A stretch of DNA of 59,191 bases. Source: Nitrospirota bacterium (GTDB lineage: Bacteria; Nitrospirota; UBA9217). Positions 25,220 to 35,116 of this stretch are shown here, piece by piece. Under the pieces are notes generated by a model, which was not told the origin of the DNA, made no database searches, and was given only the letters and a program-made list of their open reading frames with translations. The translations under genes were made by a program, and so were the position numbers. Location of the stretch: contig CAVUHW010000050.1 of assembly GCA_963741205.1 (NCBI GenBank), positions 1 through 59,191 on the forward strand, given 5' to 3'. The stretch's first letter is position 1; every line of letters starts with the position of its first letter.

Positions 25220-27071
25220 CTACTCGGACCCACCGCGGAGCGATCGACCGCTGCTACCCTCCGTATAGCTCCTTATTGCCGCCATGAATTCCTCGCCGTA
25301 GCGTTCCAGTTTGACGTCCCCCACCCCCGCGATGCGCCGCATTGCCGATGCCGTCACGGGAACGTGCCGGCACATCTCATGGAGGGTCTTGTCTGAGAAA
25401 ACCACATAGGGAGGCACGCGGTTGGCGTCGGCGATCCTTTTCCGGATCATGCGAAGCCGCTCAAAGAGCGCCTCGTCATACCATCCGCCTTCCGCGGTTC
25501 TCCTTCGCCGCTCCTTCGTTTTCCCCTCCTCGCGCCTGAGTCCGAACACCTCTTCTTTTCCCGTAAGGACCGCCGCGCCCTTGGGCGTGAGTTTCAAGAC
25601 CGGATAGCGGTCCCCGTCCTGTTTGATAAGCTCCTGCGCAAGGAGCTCGTTCACAATGAAGCGCCAGTGGTTCTTGTCTTTGTCTTTTCCCGCGCCGAAG
25701 GTCTTAAGCTCATGGTGCCCCAGTTCCCTCATGCGCGTGGTGACTGCCCCGATGACGATGTCGATGATATGGACGATCCCGAAACGCTCATTGGTCCGGG
25801 CCATGGCCGACATGAGTATCCGGGCGTCCGTGGAGATGTCGATTTGCTTAACCGTTCCGCTGCAGATATCGCAGGTCCCGCAATTATTCCCGGGGTAGGC
25901 CTCGCCGAAAAAGGACAGGAGCTGCTTTCTCCGGCAGACGTTGTGGGACGCAAAGCGCACGGTCTGGTTCAGCTTCTCCAGGGCGATGGCGCGCTCCTTT
26001 TCATCCGGCATCTTGTCGATGAAATACCGGATCTTCGGGATGTCCCCCCTGCTGAAATAGAGCAGGCAAAGCGCGGGCTCTCCGTCCCTGCCCGCCCTGC
26101 CCGTCTCTTGATAATAGGCCTCGATATGCCTGGGGAGATCGGCGTGGACCACGAACCGGACGTTCGACTTGTCGATGCCCATGCCGAAGGCGATGGTCGC
26201 CACGATCACCGACACCTCGTCTTTGTTAAAGGCCTCCTGGTTCCTTTCGCGCACCTCCGCGGACAGGCCCGCATGGTACGGCAACGCCTTGATGCCCTGG
26301 GATGCCAGGAATCCGGCAGTTGCCGCGACCGCGTCACGGGTCGTCCGGTAGACGATCCCCGATTCTCCGTGCCGTGTTTTCAGGAATTCCCAGAGCTGCT
26401 GCTCCACCCTCGCCTTGGGCTCTACCTGATAGAAGAGGTTCGGACGGTTGAAGGACGCGCGCACGACGTGGGGTGTCCGGAGGCCGATCTTCTGGATGAT
26501 GTCCTGCTGTACCTTCTCCGTCGCCGTGGCTGTGAAGGCTGCGACGGGGACTTTGGGGAACAGCTCCGGAATCCTGGAGAGGGCGAGATAGTCGGGCCGG
26601 AAGTCGTGTCCCCACTCTGAAATGCAGTGCGCCTCGTCGATGGCGAAGAGCGAAAGGGAGAGGCCCTTCAAGGTCTCAGTGAACTGCGGCATGGCGAAAC
26701 GCTCGGGCGCAATGTAGAGAAGCTTGACCTCGCCTCCCTTGAGCCCGCGGAAGACATCGGACATCTCCTGCGGGCTTTGCGAGCTGTTGAGGAACGCCGC
26801 GGCGATGCCGTTTTCCCGTGCCGCGTCGACCTGGTCCTTCATGAGGGAGATGAGCGGGCTGATGACGACGGCCGTTCCCTGCCCGCAGGAGGGAAGGAAG
26901 CTGGTAGCACAGGGATTTGCCTCCGCCCGTGGGCATGACCGCAAAGACGTCGCGACCCGCGAGGATGTGGTTTACGATTAGCTCCTGGTTCGGCCGGAAG
27001 GACGGGAAACCGAAGACCGTGCGGAGGGTTTGATGAACTGCGGCATCGCCGGCTTTCGCCTGAGGTTCCAT
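25220..27071 (-). CDS. recQ: ATP-dependent DNA helicase RecQ (one frameshift near the 5' end)
   Basis: MPTGGGKSLCYQ, DEAHCISEWGHDFRP, YYQETGRAGRDG, RQC Zn motif, HRDC domain. Confidence 0.96.
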
Positions 27072-27132
27072 GACTCGCCATGATAAGCTCGGCCGATGAC
27101 AATGTCAAGAATGACGGCGACCAACGAGTCGC

Positions 27133-27187
27133 AGCCCCTCCCTCGCCTTTTTCCCTTTCCCTCAGCGGGAGATGGTAGGGTGTGGGG
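27133..27187. repeat. Degenerate CCCTCTCCC..GGGAGAGGG-type palindromic repeat
   Basis: CCCTTTCCCTCAGCGGGAGATGG with CCCC/GGGG outer arms. Confidence 0.4.
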
Positions 27188-27206
27188 TGTTTGGGGCTTG
27201 GTTTGC

Positions 27207-27236
27207 TTGACACTATAAGAATAAGCGTGATAAAGT
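27207..27236 (+). promoter_or_regulatory. Sigma70-like promoter upstream of the cassette array
   Basis: TTGACA-N18-TAAAGT with a TGn extension. Confidence 0.5.
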
Positions 27237-27317
27237 GCACAAAGTACTCAATTACTGGTTAGGCATCACACCTTATACTTCTGCAACAGGCGGCATTTGC
27301 TGATCCAAAGAGGAGAT

Positions 27318-27620
27318 ATGAACATGATTAAGAATGGTTTGCCTGCTATTCATCCGGGAGAGTTCCTGGCAGAAATTCTAGGTGAGATGGGATTATCGCA
27401 AGCGGAATTCGCACGATCAATTGGCGTCTCGCCTATGCGGATTGCCCATGTCATCAAGGGCGATCGCCCGATGACAGCAGAACTGGCACTGTTGTTCGGT
27501 CGCGCATTCAACCAGACCCCGCAATACTGGCTCAATCTTCAGGCGGCCTACGACCTTAAGATTGCAAAAGCGAGTATCGGCAAGCGACTTGCCGGTATAC
27601 GCGCCCTCGCGCATGCCTAA
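27318..27620 (+). CDS. higA: HigA family antitoxin (orphan, cassette-like)
   Basis: IHPGEFL, HTH, TPQYWLNLQAAYDL; RBS GAGGAG. Confidence 0.9.
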   Translation: MNMIKNGLPAIHPGEFLAEILGEMGLSQAEFARSIGVSPMRIAHVIKGDRPMTAELALLFGRAFNQTPQYWLNLQAAYDLKIAKASIGKRLAGIRALAHA

Positions 27621-27648
27621 TATCCTACCGAGTAACAATGATGCTTGA

Positions 27649-27707
27649 TCCCAACCTCGCCGTCGAGAGGGTCGCTGAAAACCGCGCCCCTCACGGCGGC
27701 GTTGAGT
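27649..27707 (+). other. Integron attC-like recombination site
   Basis: CCCAAC...GTTGAGT; arms CGCCGT(C)GAG(A)GGG(T)CGC and GCGCCCCTCACGGCG pair with extrahelical bases. Confidence 0.75.
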
Positions 27708-27852
27708 CTATAGGAAAAGGCCATTTCGGGCTATTTGGGGACTTGTAAGTATGGTTAGTTAGGCTCATTTTAATACGTATAGTGGCTTATTCTACAGACT
27801 CGTTAGGCGAGCATTCGGCCTCAATGACAACAACCAATGAAAGGAGGTTCTC

Positions 27853-28188
27853 ATGAATCAAGGTATCAGAACAGTCATCTATCCCGTCAAAGACATCGCT
27901 CAAGCGAAGGCGCTTTTCAGCAAGCTTTTGGGTGTCGCGCCTTATGCGGATGCAGCGTATTATGTTGGCTTTCGGGTTGGAGACCAAGAAATAGGTTTAG
28001 ATCCCAATGGCCACAAGCACGGCATGACCGCTTACTATCACGTGGACGACATTAAGAAAGGTCTGCAATTGCTGCTCGACGCTGGCGGACAAGTACAGCA
28101 AGAGATCAAAGATGTCGGTGGCGGAAGGCTGATTGCATCCGTAAAGGACGCTGATGGCAACATCATCGGGCTTATTCACTCACCTTAA
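27853..28188 (+). CDS. VOC/glyoxalase family protein (gene cassette)
   Basis: YPVKDIAQAKALFS, EIGLDPNG, DVGGGRLIASVKDADGN. Confidence 0.9.
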   Translation: MNQGIRTVIYPVKDIAQAKALFSKLLGVAPYADAAYYVGFRVGDQEIGLDPNGHKHGMTAYYHVDDIKKGLQLLLDAGGQVQQEIKDVGGGRLIASVKDADGNIIGLIHSP

Positions 28189-28213
28189 TCGAGTGACGAA
28201 TCAATGTGCGAGA

Positions 28214-28317
28214 GCCTAACAAAATCACTGGAGCGAACCACGGGCAGCGATGAACGTCAGGGGTGAATTCGAGGCGTTGTTGGCGCTGCCCGTGGTCGCT
28301 CAGTTCCGTCGTTCTCA
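28214..28317 (+). other. Integron attC recombination site
   Basis: GCCTAAC...GTT; ACTG(G)AGCGA(A)CCACGGGCAGCG pairs with CGCTGCCCGTGGTCGCTCAGT; GAGCCTAAC is complementary to GTTAGGCTC at 27758. Confidence 0.85.
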
Positions 28318-28337
28318 AATCGATATAAGGACAATTC

Positions 28338-28823
28338 GTGATCATCGTTGTCATGGGCGTTTCCGGCTCCGGAAAGACGACCATCGGGCGGCTTCTCGCT
28401 GAAACGCTGGGGTGGCCATTTTACGACGGGGACGACTTTCATCCGTCTGCCAACATTCAAAGGATGACGCAGGGCATGGCGCTGACCGACGAGGACCGCG
28501 CCGGCTGGCTTGATGCGCTGTCGCAGCTCGTCTGCGCACTCGAACGGGAGGGCCGGTCAGCCGTAGTCGCCTGCTCAGCTCTCAAGCAGGCATATCGCGA
28601 TGCCCTTGTCGGAAAAAGTACGGCGGTACGCTTCGTATATTTAAAGGGACGCCGCGGCCTCATCCGGGAGCGCATGGAAAAGCGGCGCGGGCACTACATG
28701 AAGGCAGACCTCCTTGAGAGCCAATTCGATATTCTGGAAGAGCCCGTACAGTCGGTTGCTGTTGACATCGCAGAGTCGCCGGAGCTGATTGTGCGCCGCG
28801 TGAAGCAAGCTCTGGGACTTTAA
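28338..28823 (+). CDS. gntK: Gluconokinase (GntK/IdnK family)
   Basis: MGVSGSGKTT, DGDDFHP, ACSALKQAYR, LLESQFDILEEP. Confidence 0.92.
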   Translation: MIIVVMGVSGSGKTTIGRLLAETLGWPFYDGDDFHPSANIQRMTQGMALTDEDRAGWLDALSQLVCALEREGRSAVVACSALKQAYRDALVGKSTAVRFVYLKGRRGLIRERMEKRRGHYMKADLLESQFDILEEPVQSVAVDIAESPELIVRRVKQALGL

Positions 28824-28887
28824 CGAAATCTTTCCATCTTCTCATCCCCCTCCATTTATGCTATGATGCCCGTCATCGGAGAACGCC

Positions 28888-29550
28888 ATGATCGATCATA
28901 CTCTTGCCGAAAGAACACCACTACGTGTTGCCCTTGCCTTCCTCCTGCTTCTTGCCTCGCCGTATGCGTCAAGAGCCGCCGGCGCGCAGACCGCCCAGGA
29001 GGCGGTCGCATCCGTCGAGGAACACTACGGCGGCGTGAACGAGCTCTCGGCAAAGGTGACGCAGACAAACCACCTGAAGGCAATCGGAAAGTCACAGAAA
29101 TTCGAAGGCACGCTGTCGATCAAGAAGCCGGGAAGGCTGCGGCTCGATTACACGAACGGCCAGGTCATTCTCGTCGACGGCAAGACAGCGATGTTCTACT
29201 CGAAAAAAAGCGAGCAACTGGTCAAGAAGACCTTTGCGGACGTGCAGCAGATGAATATTCCCGTGGCGTTCCTGCTCGGCGCAGCGCATATCCGGGACGA
29301 TTTCGACGTGCTCCAGCCCGATCCGAAGGCCCCCCGCTCGCTTGAACTCCTGCCCAAGAAGCAAGGGGCGGCGATGAAGAAGCTGGAAATGCGGACCGAC
29401 GATGCCGGCCGCATCACGGGTCTTACCATCTTCGACAAGTCGGGGAACATGACGGAGCTCGCCTTGACGGACGTCCGCGAGGGCGAGATTGTCGACAACC
29501 GGCTTTTTATCTTCAAACCGCCCAAGGGGACGGAGATTATAGAACAGTAA
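28888..29550 (+). CDS. lolA: Outer-membrane lipoprotein carrier LolA
   Basis: Signal peptide, GTLSIKKPGRLRLDY, ILVDGK, FIFKPPKG. Confidence 0.88.
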   Translation: MIDHTLAERTPLRVALAFLLLLASPYASRAAGAQTAQEAVASVEEHYGGVNELSAKVTQTNHLKAIGKSQKFEGTLSIKKPGRLRLDYTNGQVILVDGKTAMFYSKKSEQLVKKTFADVQQMNIPVAFLLGAAHIRDDFDVLQPDPKAPRSLELLPKKQGAAMKKLEMRTDDAGRITGLTIFDKSGNMTELALTDVREGEIVDNRLFIFKPPKGTEIIEQ

Positions 29551-29663
29551 TCAGAATTCCAAGAATGAGAAGTCAGGAAAATAGAGTCAAAAGTGCAATT
29601 CAAATGGGAATTCTTCTGGTCTTGGAATCTTCTGATCTTCCTGTGATTCCAGATTTTCCTTAT
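29549..29663. repeat. Degenerate short-period inverted-repeat element
   Basis: Purine-rich TCAGAA/TCAGGAAA units mirrored by TTCTGA/TTCCTG units. Confidence 0.45.
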
Positions 29664-29674
29664 AGGAGGTAACC

Positions 29675-30172
29675 ATGGCTGCAGAAAACTCATTCGACAT
29701 CGTTTCAAAGATCGACATGTCCGAGGTGACGAACGCGGTGACGCAGGCGATGAAGGAGATCGGCCAGCGGTTCGACTTCAAGGGGAGCAAGTCCGGCATA
29801 ACCCAGGAGAAGGACGCGCTGGTAATCGTCTCCGACGACGAGTACAAGCTCAAGAGCGTGATCGACATCCTCCAGACCAAGCTCGTGAAGCGAGGCGTGC
29901 CGGTCAAGAACCTGTCCTACGGCAAAGTGGAGGCGGCCCTCGCCGGGACCGTAAGACAGCGGATCTCGCTGCAGCAGGGCATACCGATTGACAAGGCCAA
30001 GGAGATCGTCAAGGCGATCAAGGACTCCAAGATCAAGGTGCAGGCGGCGATCCAGGCCGATCAGGTCCGCGTATCCGGCAAAAGCAGGGACGACCTCCAG
30101 TCGGTCATCCAGCTTTTGAAAGGCAAAGAGTTCGGCATCGAGCTTCAGTTTGAAAATTTCCGCAGCACGTAG
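29675..30172 (+). CDS. yajQ: YajQ family nucleotide-binding protein
   Basis: [35 protein letters not shown]. Confidence 0.95.
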   Translation: MAAENSFDIVSKIDMSEVTNAVTQAMKEIGQRFDFKGSKSGITQEKDALVIVSDDEYKLKSVIDILQTKLVKRGVPVKNLSYGKVEAALAGTVRQRISLQQGIPIDKAKEIVKAIKDSKIKVQAAIQADQVRVSGKSRDDLQSVIQLLKGKEFGIELQFENFRST

Positions 30173-30362
30173 ACGGCCGTGCGTCGGTCCATTGGGTAAA
30201 CACAAGGCCGTCTCGCTCCATAAAAAACCTGATTTCCGATAGATACTTTCGGGAATAACCGGTGAAAAAAAGAATCCGGGTGCCGCAAAACCGGCTGTTC
30301 ACTCCCCCTGAACTGCGCTTTCAAGCGTCCCTCCCTCGCCCTGCCTAACTCGTGAATTAATC

Positions 30363-30390
30363 TTGCAATTATAACTCAAACTGATATAAT
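30363..30390 (+). promoter_or_regulatory. Sigma70 promoter for the chemosensory cluster
   Basis: TTGCAA-N16-TATAAT with a TGn extended -10. Confidence 0.6.
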
Positions 30391-30419
30391 CTCGGGGGAT
30401 TTCGTATTGGGGAGAATGC

Positions 30420-31607
30420 ATGAGCCTCGTCGGCAGGCTGGAAGACCTCGCGTTACCCGACATCTTCCAGATCATCAGTCTGAGTAAAAAAACCGGGACC
30501 CTGATCGTGCGCAGCCGCAAAGGGACTGGCATGGTCGTTTTCAAAAGCGGCCAGGTGATCCAGGCGGCCAGCGATAGCATCCGCGACTCCCTCGGCAACA
30601 TACTCGTCTCACAGGGCATGCTCGACGAAGCGTCCCTGTCGCGCGCGTTGGCGCTCCAGAAACAGAAGTCCGATACGCCGCTGGGCATGATCCTCGTGGA
30701 GATAGGGGCGGTGTACCGCGCAGACCCTCGAGACCGTTGTGCGCAAGCAGATCGAGGAAATCATCTTTGACCTGCTCGCATGGGAAGAGGGTTTCTTCAA
30801 CTTCGAACTCGGCGAGATCGCTCCCAAAGACAAGATCGAGATCGACACACAGGAATTCCTCCTCAAGTCCGGCATCAGCGCCGAATACCTGCTCATGGAA
30901 GGGACGCGCATCCTCGACGAGAGGCGAAAGGACGAGAAAAAGCCCGGGGCAGCCGCGCCCCGGCCCGCGCCCCGCCGCGCCAACCCGCGCCCCAGCCGCA
31001 GAGACCCCCGGCCGCCCCGCATGTGAGCCTCGAACCGGCAAAGGAAGAATTCCGCGCCCGCATCGAGAAAGAAGATTCGCGCCACGAGATCGCGACGCTC
31101 AGATCCATGTTCGACGAACTCCGCTTCCCGACCGCCACGGCCGAGGTGACGCTCCTGATCCTCCGGTACGCGAGCGAGGTTGTGAACCGCGCCGTCCTGT
31201 TCATGGTAAAAAAAGACGAGGTGCGCGGCCTCGGTCAGTTCGGCATCGAACTGAAGGGCAAATCCGCGGACCAGGTCGTCAGAAATATCAAGGTCCCCCT
31301 CAACAAGCCCTCCTTGTTCCTTACCATCATGGAAACCCGGCGCAGTTACGCGGGTCGCCTCGAGCAGAATGAATGCAACACTTATCTGGCTACCGAACTT
31401 GGCGGCGCCGTGCCCGAGACGGTCCTGGCGATACCGCTCATCGTGGACGGGAAAATCGCCCTGATCGTCTACGGAGACAACCTGCCGGAAGGCAAGCCCC
31501 TTCGGGGCGCGGACATCCTCGAGATATTCATGAACCAGGCAGGCATGGCACTGGAGAAGGCGCTTTTAGAGAAGCGCCTCGCCGAACTTCAGAAGGAGAA
31601 AAAATGA
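30420..31607 (+). CDS. DUF4388 (PATAN-like) protein with MshEN-like motif and C-terminal GAF-like domain (frameshifted)
   Basis: LVGRLEDLALPDIFQ..KTGTL; LGNILVSQG; WEEGFFNF; IPLIVDGK..YGDN. Confidence 0.82.
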
Positions 31608-31975
31608 AGAATGTCCTTATCGTCGAAGACTCCAAGGCCATTCGCTCCATGATCAGGATGACGCTCGAAGAGGCCGGAGGTTTTTTCGCGTCTGAGGCCG
31701 GCAATGGATTCGAGGCGCTCAAGACACTCCCTACGAGACAATTCGATCTTATCATTACCGACATCAATATGCCCGATATCAACGGCCTGGAACTGATCGG
31801 TTATGTGAAGTCAAACCCGACCTATAGCGCAATCCCCCTCGTCATCGTGAGCACGGAAAAATCGGAGGAAGACAAGAAGCGGGGCATCGCGCTCGGGGCT
31901 GCGGGTTATATCGTGAAGCCGTTCAAAAAGGAAGATCTGCTTGCAGTGGTCAGGCAGGTGCTGGAGGGGAAGTAG
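31604..31975 (+). CDS. cheY: Chemotaxis response regulator CheY
   Basis: VLIVEDS, TDINMPDINGLE, VST, YIVKPF. Confidence 0.9.
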   Translation: MKNVLIVEDSKAIRSMIRMTLEEAGGFFASEAGNGFEALKTLPTRQFDLIITDINMPDINGLELIGYVKSNPTYSAIPLVIVSTEKSEEDKKRGIALGAAGYIVKPFKKEDLLAVVRQVLEGK

Positions 31976-32105
31976 AAATGCGGAATTCGGAATGCGGATT
32001 GCGGAATGAAAAACGGTACAGACGGCATGCCGTACGGACTGCAGGCATTCCGCAATGGCCGTACCAAGCGGTGCCGCGAATGCCGAAATTCCGCAATCGG
32101 AAATG
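31976..32105. repeat. GCGGAAT heptamer tandem/inverted repeat
   Basis: AATGCGGAATTCGGAATGCGGATTGCGGAAT ... ATTCCGCAAT..ATTCCGCAAT. Confidence 0.75.
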
Positions 32106-32110
32106 ATACC

Positions 32111-34209
32111 ATGGCAAAGCCCAACCATTCCATAAATGAATTTCTCGCCGAGGCGGAGGACATCCTGGAGACGGCGAACCAGTCGCTGCTCGCGCTCGAG
32201 TCCGCGCAGGCCGGGGGCGGGAGCGATCCCGACCGGGTCAATGCCCTGTTCCGGGCCGTCCATTCGTTCAAGGGGCTCGCGGGCATGTTCAGCCTCAAGG
32301 AGCCTTCGGAGCTGTCGCACAAGCTTGAGTTTCTTCTCGACGAACTTCGCCTGGGCAAGGTGGACTTAAGCCGAAGCGCCATCGACGTTCTCGTGGAGAC
32401 GGTGGCCCTCCTGGGCAGGCTCGTGCATCAGGCCGGCGGCAAACAGCCGTTCGAGGACATACAGGCGGCCCTGGAACGCATCGACGATCTCATTAAAAAG
32501 AAACCGTCAGCCTCCTCCGGCCGGCCGCTGTCGGAGCTGATCGGTCTGGACCGGGGCATCCTGCAGGTCCTGACCGAGTACGAGGAGCATCGTCTCCGCG
32601 AATGTGTCCGGGAGAGAAAGAACCTCTTCATGCTCAGGGCGGAGTTCGACCTTTTGAGTTTCGAGGCGGGAATCAAGGACCTCAATGAGCTCCTCAAGAA
32701 GCACGGCGAGATCATCTGCACGCTCCCGACGGCGGGCGGCGGGACCGGGATCGGATTTTCCATCGTCCTCGGAACGAAGGAGACCGCGCAAGCCGTACGA
32801 TCGGCGATCGCGACGCCCAACCTGAAAATCGAGACCATCTCCTATGCCGAAGCGCGAAAAGCCGACGAGCCGCGCCCCCGCGTGGATACGACAACACTCA
32901 AGTCTTCGAGCAACACGGTCCGCGTCGATATTTACAAACTCGACAGCCTGATGAATATCGTGGGTGAAATGCACCTGATTAAAAACATCGTCGGCCGGAT
33001 CGCGCGGGAGCTCCGGACGATGCACGGCTTCATGGGCCTGTCCGTCGACCTTCACAAGGCGCAGCGGGGGCTCGAGCGGAGGCTCAACGAACTCCAGGAA
33101 GGCATCCTCGAGGTCCGGATGGTGCCTATCGGCCAGATCTTCACGCGCCTCTCGCAGGTCGTCAGGATGTATGCCAGGGAAGCGGGCAAGGAGATCGATC
33201 TCGAGCTGCGCGGCGAGGAGACCGAGCTCGACAAGCTCATGATCGAAGACCTGGCCGACCCCCTCATGCACCTCATCCGGAACGCCATCGACCACGGCAT
33301 CGAGACTCCCGACGAGCGAAAACGGCTCGGCAAGCCGGAACGGGGGAGCGTGAAACTGACCGCGTTCCCCAAGGGCAACCACGTCGTTATTACCATCGAG
33401 GACGACGGGGCCGGCATCGACGCGGCCAGGATCGCGGCCAAGGCGGTGGAAAAAGGAATCCTGGCGACGGACCACGGCCTCGATACTGTGCACGGACCGC
33501 AGGGAAATCCTGGACCTTATCTTTCTTCCCGGATTCACGACCCGCGAGACCGTGACCGAGATATCGGGACGCGGCGTCGGCATGGACGTGGTCAAGCGCA
33601 ACGTGTCCAAGCTCTCCGGCATGATCGATATCCGGACCGAGCCCGGGGCCGGCACCACGTTCACCCTCACGCTCCCCATCACGCTCGCCATCATCAAAGC
33701 GCTGATCGCCGAAGCCGGCGGACGGACCTTCGCCATACCCTTGAGCTCGGTGCTCGAGATCCAGCAGGTCACGTCGGCGCAGATCGAGACCGTCGAGGGG
33801 CGGGAGGTGATGGCAGTGCGGGAAGATACCGTGCCCCTTCTCCGGACCGCGCGGCGTATTCCATCTCCCGGAACAGCGCGAGCGCGATCAGTTCTATGTC
33901 GTCCTCGTCGGCCTGGCCGAGCGACGGATGGGGATCATCGTCGACAACCTCCGGGACCAGCAGGAGATCGTCATCAAGCCCCTCGGGAAACGGCTGGCGG
34001 ACATCCCGGGCATTGCGGGGGCCACCGAACTGGGCGACCGCAGGGGCGTAGTCCTCGTGCTGGATGTCGAGTCGCTCATCGACGGGGCGTTGAAGAAGAA
34101 CAGTGGTCAGAGGCAGTCAGATGACAGAATGACAGAGGACAGAAAATCCGAAGTCGAAGGGACAATGCAAACGTGTTTGTCTTCTGGAGTTCGATCTGTG
34201 CTTAGATGA
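32111..34209 (+). CDS. cheA: Chemotaxis histidine kinase CheA (frameshifted; 3' end uncertain)
   Basis: HPt FRAVHSFKG, HLIRNAIDHG, EDDGAG, SGRGVGMDVV, CheW-like P5 domain. Confidence 0.95.
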
Positions 34210-34221
34210 CTGTCTAAGACT
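34104..34221. repeat. CAGAGGA-type heptamer element overlapping the cheA 3' end
   Basis: CAGAGGCAGTCAGATGACAGAATGACAGAGGACAGA ... TCTG/TGTCT units. Confidence 0.55.
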
Positions 34222-35016
34222 ATGTACGAAGAATTTTACGGACTCAGGGAAAAACCGTTTAGCAAGACGCCCGACCCGCGGTTCCTGTACCAGAGCCCGA
34301 AGCACGCCGAGGCGCTCGCGCGGCTTCAGCACGCAATCGAGGAGCAGGACATCGTCCTCCTGACGGGCGAGATCGGGTCGGGCAAGACGACCCTCTCCCG
34401 GGCGTTCATCGACGGGCTGGACGCGAGCTTCCACCCCGTGCTGATCATCAACCCGCGGCTTTCGCCGTCGCAGCTTTTGCGCACCGTTGCCCTGCGCCTC
34501 GGCATGGACGATGTGTCGCGGTTCCGGCACGGGATCCTGGAGGGGATCAACGCAAAGCTCTATGAGCTCTACGAGGCGGGAAGGCGGCCGGCGATCATCA
34601 TTGACGAGGCCCAGCTCATCCCGGGCAAGGCGACGTTCGAGGAGCTGCGGCTCTTGACCAATTTTCAGCTCGACGACCGCAATCTGCTCGCGGTCGTCCT
34701 CATCGGCCAGACCGAACTGCGCGATCGCCTGAACCGCAAGCCGTACCGGGCGCTCCGGCAGCGCATCGGGATGCAGTATCATCTGGGGCCGCTCGACCGG
34801 GAAGAGACAGAGGCATACGTGCGGCACCGCCTCGAGGTGGCAGGCAGGTCCGCGCCGCTCTTCGACGATCAGGCGATAGCACTCCTGTACGAGCACTCGG
34901 GCGGCATCCCCCGCCGCATCAACATCATTGCGGGCAATGCGCTCCTTGAAGGCTTCGGGAGGGAAGCCCGGACGATCGGATCGGAGATCATCGAGAGCGT
35001 GGTGGAAGAAGAATGA
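34222..35016 (+). CDS. ExeA/GspA family AAA ATPase (no peptidoglycan-binding domain)
   Basis: MYEEFYGLREKPF..PDP, GEIGSGKTT, IIDEAQ, LIGQTEL, SGGIPRRIN. Confidence 0.9.
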   Translation: MYEEFYGLREKPFSKTPDPRFLYQSPKHAEALARLQHAIEEQDIVLLTGEIGSGKTTLSRAFIDGLDASFHPVLIINPRLSPSQLLRTVALRLGMDDVSRFRHGILEGINAKLYELYEAGRRPAIIIDEAQLIPGKATFEELRLLTNFQLDDRNLLAVVLIGQTELRDRLNRKPYRALRQRIGMQYHLGPLDREETEAYVRHRLEVAGRSAPLFDDQAIALLYEHSGGIPRRINIIAGNALLEGFGREARTIGSEIIESVVEEE

Positions 35017-35092
35017 CGGACGAAGGACGATGGACGATGGACGAGGTATGACGGTTCTAAGCATTCTCGCAACTCGCGTCGTCGCCTCGTTG
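35012..35092. repeat. GGACGAT heptamer tandem/inverted repeat
   Basis: GGACGAAGGACGATGGACGATGGACGAGG ... TCGCGTCGTCGCCTCGT. Confidence 0.7.
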
Positions 35093-35116
35093 AACTGCAA
35101 CTGGAGCGAAGCGACT

